Assembly (NCBI GenBank): GCA_965202585.1
Contig: CBDBBG010000230.1
Location: forward strand, 1 to 64,000
Source: Thalia democratica
Taxonomy: Eukaryota
Direction: 5' to 3'
Length of the DNA: 64,000 nt
Shown here: piece by piece, positions 53,369-64,000 of the stretch
Numbering within the stretch: the stretch's first letter is position 1
How the letters are laid out: each line of letters opens with the position of its first letter
Notes under the pieces: model-generated
What the model was told of the DNA's origin: nothing
The model's input: the letters and a program-made list of their open reading frames with translations, nothing else
Databases searched by the model: none
Translations under genes and position numbers: made by a program

Positions 53369-53505
53369 GCTTAACGCGGGACTCGATCTCGCTACCTCCG
53401 GCTCACGAAATGGGTACACAATCGCTGAGCTGCACAACCACTTGTAAGCTGACTTCAATGCTGATATATAAAGTTAATAAAACACCATATGCTTTGATTT
53501 TCACA
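53369..53505 (-). repeat. tRNA-derived repeat (b), copy 2
   Basis: Duplicate of 24,564-24,700. Confidence 0.65.
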
Positions 53506-54422
53506 ATATAGTTGATCATAAACTGTTTTTATGTAAAATATAGTAGTAATTATCAAAACTAGATTAGCTGAAATCTATTTATGTTTATTTTATTTTTTAA
53601 TAACTAAAAGTAGCATTTGTTTTATGTTTTTGTAATATGGGTAAAGTGCAAATGTTTAGCTCTTAAACTTTAAGAAAAATAAGTTATGGAAAACGTTAAA
53701 ATGTAAGTACCAGACTGAATGGCTGTACTTCCAGCTTGTACCAGATCAGCTTGTACGTGCTGGAAGTACAAAATAACTTACGAATATGATCAAGGGTTTA
53801 TGCGTATCTCTGAAAGCAACTCCATTACATGCACTGTAAATGGGTGGTCAGAAAACGTAGGAGGCGTTAAAAGTAAGCAAAAATTAATAAATAAATAAAA
53901 AGTTTGAACCAAAAATATTGCTTTATTACAGTTTTTTATAAAGTTTTTAAACGTTTTAAACTCGTAAAATCTACAGCCTATAGATAAACACAAGCATGTT
54001 TCAACACTGTGTTAGAACTATTGGCTTTTAAACAACAGTTTTATTAAGTTTGTCGTCTCCTACCAACCACGGACGAGTTCAATGTAAAATGTTAGAACTA
54101 TACTTTACTGACGGCACCACGACTAGATTGGTGCAATACGCTTGCGATAATTCAAATTACCAGTTCTTGTACTTTATTCAACTATACATCACTAAGTGAT
54201 GAGTATATTTCAAGTTAAAAACTAAATTAACTAAATTATGGTTTTTAGTTTCGACAACATAAAAAGCATAACTACGAAAGACACCACATAAACAGAACGA
54301 CCAAATAAAAGCTTAAGTGGTATAAATTAAAACCTTCGTTACAAAAAATGTACCTTGACCAAAATGCTCAATAAGTTGAAATTTTCTTATTGAAATATTT
54401 TTAACTCACTGACAACTAACAG

Positions 54423-54894
54423 GGGAATACGAGTTCAGCTCAACGGATACAAAGGGTATTTTTAACCAGGCTCGGGAGCAATGTCAAAGTATGAGTGGAG
54501 ACCTAATATATGAAAAGTTGGGACCCAGCGGGAAAACATATCACCCGTAAGTTGTATTTTAAATATATATGTCTTTAAAACAAAACAGCATTTCGTTATA
54601 CAATTTGATTATGACATGAATTAGTGTAAAAATACTTGTTAAGAGTAAAAATATTTCTTTTTTTACCAGCTTAAAAAACCTCGATCAATTTTGTGTGGTT
54701 CACTAGTTAACTAACTCATCGTAAGAATATAATGAACAACTTAGATTTTGGTTTAGTTAGCAAAATAACAGAACATACCGTCCAAAACTGCGTGTATGTC
54801 CGTTTGAAGTTTGGACGGCTGGGTATGGACGACAATCATTGCTCGAATCCTTTTAAGTTGGGTCTCTGGCGAGATAAAACTGCCCGAAGAGTAA
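54423..54894 (+). pseudogene. C-type lectin domain pseudogene, copy 2
   Basis: Duplicate of 25,618-26,089 with the same stops and frameshifts. Confidence 0.75.
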
Positions 54895-55663
54895 AAAAAA
54901 ATTGAGCTGTGCGTAGCAGAGCACAGCGCTTGTTGGTGTTGTTGTTTTGTATTTATTTTATGAGTTCGTGTTTTTAGATTATTTTGCTTTTGTTCGTTTT
55001 AATAAAACTTTGTACTTTTTTTCATTTAGGTTTTATAGCTCTGTATTTTATTAGTTTTTAAAGTTTGGTTTAACTCTTGTTAGATATTTATCATTAAAAT
55101 GATGTAGTGAAACATTTTTTCTCTTTAAATTACCTAATAAGTCATCGTAATACTGTATAAAATTTTAGTATAGTCTAAAATGTTTTTTTATTGCATTTGT
55201 TTGAAATCTCAAAGCAAAAGCTATATGCATGTTTGTCTGCTGTACAGTGAAAATGAGATTTTGTTTCATTTTCTTATTTCAGATATTTTAGTTGTTTTGT
55301 CCCGTAAGATACACTTGTGCCCAAAACAGCTTAACTGTGCTTAAATTATCTATTTCTTATTTAAAACTAGTTAATACTAAACATTTAAAAGTTACTCCAT
55401 GATGCACTCCTTTATTGTATTTATACTACTAAAGCAAACTTAAACACAAGGCTTTAGACATATTTTTAATTGAAACAACCTAAATATATAAAAAATATTT
55501 AGAGAATAATAATAAAGTACTTTTTTTTATATATATTTTAAGCGGTAGAAGCTAATTGGCTTTTGAATTATTTCACATAATATTTTCAAATAATTTAACC
55601 TAAAAGAATTTGCTGAAAATTTATCATTTAATTTCATATCTATTAAATTTCAAAATTATTCAT

Positions 55664-55832
55664 GCTTATCACTGGACTCGATCTAGTTACCTTCGGCTCA
55701 CGCAGCGGGTTGACAGTCGCTGAGCTACACAACCACTTGTATGCTGACTTCAATGCTGGTATATAAACTTAATAAAACACTATATGCTTTGATTTTCACA
55801 AAAAAAAACAAAGAGTTATCAATTACTAGAGA
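55664..55832 (-). repeat. tRNA-derived repeat (c), copy 2
   Basis: Duplicate of 26,859-27,027. Confidence 0.6.
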
Positions 55833-55837
55833 TTGAT

Positions 55838-58800
55838 TAAAACCGTTTTAGTTTAACGGTTTTATAACTTGTATCTGACCACCGATTGAAGCTTGATGTG
55901 TTTATTTCAAATTAGTATTCCACTACAAATAATTTTCACTATGCAATCATGAAATTCGCGTTCTTACTGTACACACAACTACCTTTTATACTTCTACATT
56001 AGTTTGATAAATTACTTGAGCCTTTTTTACATAGAAAAGTCGTGTAGAAAACATATTTTGACGTGGAATAAAGTTTTGGTTATACATTTTTGTTTTGCTT
56101 TATAGCGTAATAACAGCAGTTAGCTAATTTTATAAACTTTAGGTCACATAAAAAACAACTATAAAAATGGAAATAATATTTTTGAGGTGTGACAAGTCTA
56201 ATCGTATAAGTAAAAAAACTTCTTTGTGACTAAAAGTTAATTAAAAAGAAACCTTTGAAGAGTTTAATGTTATGGTATCAAGTTAAGAAATCTTATGTCC
56301 TTTTTAAATAACTAGTTTGTTTACTTAAAAACAAATTGTACAATATACTTAACAATAAATAATCGCAGTTTAAAGTTTACAAATAGAAAAATTTGTTTTT
56401 AAAGAATCAAACTGCAAATCATTCTTCAAAATTATATATAAAAACAGATTACATGATAATACAAAAGCGCAGTTTATAATTAAATTTATAATACAAAAAA
56501 AAGTATTGTTTTCAACATATTTATTCATTATGTCCAAACTAACATTTTAGTCTATTTGTCTACAAATTTCAACAGAGTTATTTTTTCCAAGTAAACGAAA
56601 ATACTTGCTAAGTTAATTTTTTGAACAAGAGACTGTTTTTTCAATGATTTTTGTATTGATTGAAGGCAGGCATAACAACTCACTTATAATAACTTTACAC
56701 TGATGATTTGTGTACTTCATTTCATATAAAAACGACTTATAAAAATAAAATATTCTGTAATCTTAAATTTTGAACTAACTTATTATAGTTAAAATGTATT
56801 TGGATGCTTTTTTTCGACTTTTTTTTTACAAAATTTCTTCAATGCAATAGTTTTAGTTCACAACTAGTTTCAATTAACTTAAAATAAATCAAAAGAAATT
56901 ATGTTAGTACTGATTATAATAAATTCAATTACAATAACTATGTAAAACTTTTGAATCGTTGAAATATTGTTTTTACTGTCTAAGAAACCCATGTAGGTGC
57001 TCATAATGCTTACAAACTAAAACAAATAACATGTGACACAAATTTTTATGTCTAATTGTAATTAAACTAAAACAGTGACTTGAACAACTTTTAACCGATT
57101 TTTATAAACACACATTTTGTAGTATAAATCAATACTAAACTAAGAACTCCCTTGCTACTTATGAGACTTAGTATTGAATACCATAAAACAACATAACTAT
57201 TTGAATTGCAATAGAACGATACTGATAAATTACACTACAACGTAAAACTGTTGAGTTACTTATAGAATAATACCAAGGTTGTCTACTATAAAACTACAAC
57301 ATTCATAGTACAACACCAAGAATATATACTATAGAACATTAAACTTTACTTGTAGTTTAAATATATCTGTTAAAAAAAGTAATATAAAAAATTTCAGTCT
57401 TTACTTATGGCTTACATTGTTTACAATAAAAGCTACAACGTAAGTAATGAAATAATCATGTAAAGCAACAAGATGATAATTAATGATAAAACAATAAGAG
57501 CAGTTTAAATTAAAAATCAGTATTCTTAAAAAAATAGGAGAACATAATAAAGTACATACATGTTAACTCATAAAACCTTAAAATGGGATATATATGTAAT
57601 TATTACTTGAAAGAAACAGTTTTAAATTTATAGTTAAATGAATATATTAATGAATGTAAAATTTTTATTCGAATTTAATTTAAAGTTTAAGCAGATTTTT
57701 GACTGTCGTGTAAACTAAAATATTTACTCATTTTAAAGATAGAATCAAAACAGTTTATTGGAAATATAAAAAGAGAACTAATAATGTTTTAACATTACAA
57801 ATGAAAACAAGAAAATTTCAAATCAGATATCTTGATTGTTACGTCATTTCAACAATTAAGAACATTTAAAAGACTTGGATTAAATGAAAAAAAATTTGAA
57901 TTAAAGTAACTAATAACATGGACAGTTTAATAATTTACGAACATTACAACATGATGTCTTCTTTAAACTTTAGTCTACAAAACATAAAAGTTTAAACATA
58001 GAAAATAAACATGAATTAATCTTTACTACTTACTTTTAGACTGAATCAATATCAAATGAATTAAAATAAGAATTAAAGTAAATTGAATGTTGGGTAAGTC
58101 TATTAAACAAACTCTTAAAAAATATTATAATCATTTATAAACTACTATCTTTAGTCAATCTATTGATTTAAAAATATTTTTTAACGGTGACTCATAATTT
58201 TAAAACGCTTTTTAGCAGCTAAAGTTATAGCTTACTTAATATATAAAACTTTAGTTTAATACTCAAAAATGACTCTTAATATTATATAAATTAAGAACAT
58301 TTAATAGGATCTTGAATAGGTAAATTAAATCAACAAAAATGCAAACTGTTGAGTTATACGCTCATCAGGTGTAGTACAACTGCAGTTATAGAAACTGAAT
58401 GGCTTTAAAATGTTCACATTTATTCACAATATTCTAAGATTTGTAAGAACTAGCTCTCTGGAAATACGTACAACTTTTCTAAAATAATAAAGATTCAAAT
58501 AAAACAATTTCAGCTGATGACAGTAAACAACTTAGCTTTAGAAAAGTAAAAAAGCTATGAAAGTCCTTAAGTGGTATATTTGAAGTTGCTTTATTTTATT
58601 TTAGGCAAAAAACTAACTCAAAGTGTTTTTAATAATGACAAAATATAAATTAACAATGTTTTAGACATGGAATTTTAACAGGCGACAATACAACAAACAA
58701 ACAAGATTAGTTCAAGAAAACCATAGCAACGACATAAAACAACAATGTCACTCTGAATTAGTTCCATAAAATTGTTGAACTTGGTTTAGAGCATAATAAA

Positions 58801-61800
58801 TGGATTATTTAATACAAATATACAAAATTTGTAATAAATATCCATATTATAATACTAAAAACCACAGTTTAAATATGATATTTGTACGTTACTTTTGTAC
58901 TTTTAATATTTGCTCATTAAATGATGGCAGAAATCTTAAGACAGCACAACAAATAACTTACTGATTTATCACAAATATGATTTCAATATTTAACGAGATT
59001 GAAAACCTAAAAAGCTCAGAAATTATTAAAATAAAACTTAAAAGAGTATCCAAAATAATATACTGGTACAAAATAGATTGAATGGTTTTAAGATGTACAA
59101 AAAAAAAAACCAAATCTTAATGTACAACGTATCTCCGACAACAATTGATACATTATTAACACAAGACATAAAGTTTTCAAAAACATAAAATAAAACCTGA
59201 AAGATATAACAATAATAATGAATGCAAACAAAAATAAAACTAAGGTAGGAATAAAACTTGTAACTGCCGAAATAAAAATTATTGATTTAAGAAAAAACGT
59301 CATTTATGTAACTAAAATAAAATAGATAACCAAGTATGTTGCAGTAAAATTACTACAAAATCAGCAAAACACATCAGTTAAAAGATTAAATTTGATAAAA
59401 AAATATATATAAAAAAACTAGTTTATCTAATTTAAACTAACTTACTTATATTAGTTTTAGAAAACGCATGGAAAACTAGACAAATGAAACATAACAACTC
59501 ATTAGAGGAATAAGTCAAAGCTACACAACATATGTAAAAACTTTTGTATAAAACATTAACGAATACAGAAAAACAACAATTATAATAGGATGAATATTTA
59601 TATTTACCAAAAAGTCAGATTTGTATTAGACAAACCTCATGATAAAATAAAATGACTTGTAGTGGCATATGATATCTGTAAAATATCAAAAAAAAAAACG
59701 AGTAGAATTTATCGTGACTAGAGAATACCAGACATGATTACATTGAAAACTAGAATAAGAAATATTCAAAAAACAAATAAATGAAATGTTAACAAATTTA
59801 AATTCTGAACCATAATAAATGTTAAATGACGTTTAAAATCCACATTAAAACTTAAACAAGAACCCTAATATTCAACTTATTAACCTGCAATAGAAAGTAC
59901 AAGCAAAGCAATTGTACTAAAAGTAAACTTAATGTTAAAAAACTAATTAAATTTCAAAAGTTTACTTGTTATAGACTGAAATTTGAACCATAGATAAGAT
60001 AACCATAAGATAAGCTTTTTTTCCGTTTCACTGCGAAAAACAATGTTTTATATCAAACAAAAATACGACTTTAAAACATAAGCTAGCAACTTCAGAAAAG
60101 TAAGCATAAAATTAGGATGTGCAGATGTAAACTGTTAATCATAATCAAAAAGAAACTGTTCCTATTTAATAGTATAATCGAACACGCTGTTTGCAGTTCC
60201 AAAATTAAAGGGAAATAAAATTTATTCATGTAATTTTAACCTAAAATTAATAAAGTTAAATTTAAAATTAATTAACCCCATTAATTATTAAGCTTATAAA
60301 TAAAAGTTCATCGAAAATACAAACAAAGAATTTTTTGATATCTGGTACAGTTTCTGTGTATTTTCAATAAACAAATGTACTTTATTTAGGTTAAGAGTAT
60401 TAAGATCATGCTTTCGTATGCTCAACTTCAAATAGAATTTTTAGAATCTTAAAGTGTGTACCTTAACGACATTGCTTAAGTACTTGAAATTTAGGACAGA
60501 ATACACGACTTACTTACGAAATTAATACTACTACAACTACCTTTTAGAAAAGACCCAAAAACTCAAGAAAATATAAGCTCAATAGCTATTGAATTAAACA
60601 AAGATATTTTAGGAATGAGTAGCCACTGAAAAGAATAAACAAAAACTGATAGAGCTTAAGACAATAACTAATTTTCTAACCTCTTTAAATAACATAGTTA
60701 ACAAAGATAACATAACTATACCTCCTTACATAAAACAATAATAAATATATAACTACCTTTAATTAATCAATACTATGTACAGTTCAGAAACAAAATGCTT
60801 GTATGACTTTTGACTGTTTTAAAGCACCAAAAAACTGAATTGGTATTAGTAGATGCAGAGTAAATTGTCTAACTAGATAATGTAATTCAAAGTAGGATAG
60901 TTTGTAGAATGAGTTACGTTATGAAGTAAAATAAAAGAATATTCGTAAACATATGCTTAACTTAAATTAAATATAAACACATGCATAGACTTCTAAAGAT
61001 TTCCACATTATTTATCTTATTGAGCAAAGCAACCAAAATCAAACCAAGCAAATAGTTCTACAGCTCATTAATAAAAAATATAAATTAGTGTAATAAATTA
61101 CTAACAACAGTGCAAAAACTAAGAAAAAGCTAGAAACTCTTTATCCATACATCTAGACACTTAAAACGATATGTTACTAAAACTAATAGAAAGTTATCAT
61201 ACTAAATGAGACTAGAAGATGACGTAATATTAGTGGGTATTAAGACTAAGTGAATTTCAACTAAAATACCTAAATTAACTAGACAAAAAAAGGCATTTCG
61301 TTACTATAACAATGCATACAACTCTATGTGGACAAACTAAGAGGTTTGTTATGAGAAATTGAAACTTAATTGGTAGTTAAGCGGAAATTATTTGCGCTTA
61401 AAAGAACATTCTTAATTACTTTGTCTTGAAATAACTTAACTTATTTACAAACATTATTAACTGAAGAGAACCCGTGGAAAGATTTTTAATAAGCCTTAAA
61501 ATTATTTTACAGTAACAACAAAAAAACAATGAAGTGTCTAACTAAAAATATATCTAAATCATGAGTCTTTTCCATCTATAAATCACTTTTAAACCAAAAT
61601 TTATCGAAGTAGAATTAAATTAGAAAAGAATAAATTTAAAGTATAATAATGAATTTGATTTATAAACAAACGTTAGAATAAACTAAACCATAAACAAATT
61701 CAAATAGAAAAAACCATTAAACAAACTCAAGTAATTCTACAGTAATAACAATGAAACATTAACTAAAACATGATCCTTTTTTGGTTGGTAAGACTTCGAT

Positions 61801-64000
61801 TGACCAATAAATAAATTAAAACTAAAGAATATGAGGCTAAATAAATCCACTTCACAGTTTTCTAAACTTTCATTATAAATAATTTTCAAAAAATTAAGTT
61901 GAAAAAACAAAATACGACCTCGAAATTGAAATGGTTACTTGATTGGCGTAGTTTTTAACTTTGCCAGTATTTGGTTTAGACTCATTATACTTTGATTGAC
62001 TTTAATTGTAACATACCGTTTGTTGTTTAAGACATAAAATTGGAAATAACCATATGAAACAGCGCAACAAGATGATAATTAAAAATCAATTATTAAGAAT
62101 TGAAAGTAATTTAAATATAAATTTATTTTAAGCGCAGTAAAGTATTGATTAAAACTGAATGCATACTTAATTGTTTACTTATGAAATACTGATCTACCAA
62201 AGTGATTAGTATAAAATAAACAAATTTATTGTAGAAAATAAGTTAATAAAAGGGTGAACTAGTGATAAATAGCTATATATTGAAAGCTTAATAAGACAAT
62301 TAAAACCAAACTGATGATCTAAATTTAAAGGTTAAGATATAAAGTGTTTATTATCAGTAATACAATAACTGAGAGTCAATTATCACATAAGGCCCAAGCG
62401 TACCTGTATTATTCATTTTACATAGGTAAAATGCCTTTGTTATTTGAAATATGAACAGTGTTATGGCTAACAAAGAAAATACTTATATTAAATAGATGCG
62501 CTTTAAAAAAAATACGAACTTGGGAGATTTAATTCTTTTAAATTACTAAACAGCAAGTTTGTGCTTAGATAAGATATTAGCAAACATTATGTATGGTATA
62601 CGCAACCTTGTAGACCGAAAATTTGGTTTAAATGGCACAACATAAATTAGAGCTGAAAAATAACTCTAACTTCTAAACAATAACTTAAAACTCATAAAGC
62701 CTGTAAGTGGGATGTATATTTGAAAGCAAATTTAAATAACTTATTGTCTACTATTTTTTATACATATAAGTGTTGGTAATGTTAAATATCATGAAAAATT
62801 CTTTATTTTGCCAATAAAATGTTAAAATCACAGAAATATTATTTAAAACTTACTATGTAAATAAATATACAACTTTATTAGTAGAAGACAATAAAAACTT
62901 ATACTAAATAAAACTTTTTAATAATGATCAGAATAAATTTATTAAAAATTAACAAAATCATATGAGAAAACAATACTTATTTTAAACAGTGCCAAATTGT
63001 ATGAGTACAAATTACTATGAAGAAGAATAATTTAACTATCCGGATAATTTTAGCTCAGTTTTTATTTAAAGACAATTAAAGTTTCATAATATGTATTAAA
63101 CTGGGTGTCAAATACAGCGAAAAAAAATACTCTGCCTTAAATAGCACTTACTAAAAAAATATACTGGGTTAATAAGAATGCGATGTATCTTACTAAGTTT
63201 TATAACCATAGGAAGGTGGACTCTGTAACATTAACATAAGTAGAGATAGTTAAAGTTTAATCAATCAAGAATTTTTCTTATTGAATTGAAAATCCAAACG
63301 TGTAAAGAAACAAAATGTTTGTAAACGTAAATAATTGCCACGAAGCTTATTCAGAAAACAAAATTGAGTAATATAAAGATCAAATGTTTAATTTAGTCGA
63401 AAAAGTAAAAGCATAAACATAAAACTTAAAATGAGATTTTAAAACAATATTTTGCAGCCTATCAAACAAGGCAACTCAACAGATTAAAACTAAAGAATAA
63501 AACAAAACGACACAAAAGAAAAATGAAAGCATTAAGCGTTCAAGGACTCATATTTTAGAAAGAAGGGTATACACAGATGCTAAAAACTCAGTTATTTAAT
63601 TAATGTACAATTAACAATAAGCTATAATGTTAAGTTTAAATAATAATAAGCTTGGTACAATCGATCGTAACCAGCAATGAGTAGAATGTTTTATAGTTAA
63701 TTACTGAAAAAGGTAGTTTTGAAAACACAGCTTACTTTGTTGTATATGATAATTATTATGCATGGATGTCTTTATCAGAATAATACTACTAATAAGTTTC
63801 AAGTAAAATGTATATTTTTATTTTAACTGAACTAGAGCACTAAATCAGAGAATACAATCAATCAAATAAAGTCATGATTTTCTAAAATACAAATACATAG
63901 CCTTAAACGTTAAAATATGATCAAACTCGACTAGTTCAAGAAATATCATAGAAAACAAACTGTTGAAAATCTTAAGCGTCTAAGTAAAATATATTTAAAT
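55838..64000 (+). mobile_element. Decayed coding island, copy 2 (truncated by the window end)
   Basis: Duplicate of 27,033-35,195. Confidence 0.5.

Larger units (their letters stand above)
39157..64000. repeat. Tandem segmental duplication unit 2 (runs off the window end)
   Basis: Near-identical to 10,350-35,195; position 64,000 corresponds to 35,195. Confidence 0.97.

Noticed and set aside
1066-59303. Short ORFs in the supplied track as independent genes
   Set aside because: Most are F/L/I/K-rich products of AT-rich composition. 12144-12329 and 17374-17703 (and duplicates) are arrestin exons read into introns, and 16570-16806 is antisense to exon 5.

Overview
This is very AT-rich eukaryotic (metazoan-like) genomic DNA, not prokaryotic. 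The window is dominated by a tandem duplication with a period of about 28.8 kb: ~10,350-35,195 recurs almost identically at ~39,157-64,000, and 4,760-10,350 is an older, more diverged copy of ~34,150-39,157. Each unit carries (i) an intact 9-exon alpha-arrestin (ARRDC-type) gene of 339 aa ending in a PPxY motif, (ii) a disrupted C-type lectin relic interleaved with three tRNA-derived repeats, (iii) a ~10 kb decayed, plus-strand, apparently intron-poor coding island that I could not assign to a family and that ends in a structured non-coding module (AATAAA-plus-hairpin repeats, a 104-nt hairpin capped by GCGAAGC, further hairpins and five TGCGTA repeats), (iv) a decayed intron-containing minus-strand gene, and (v) several MITE-like fragments. 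The lectin motifs resemble ascidian lectins, but the taxon is inferred only. All alignments and identity estimates were made by eye. Most ORFs in the supplied track are spurious or are partial overlaps with arrestin exons.
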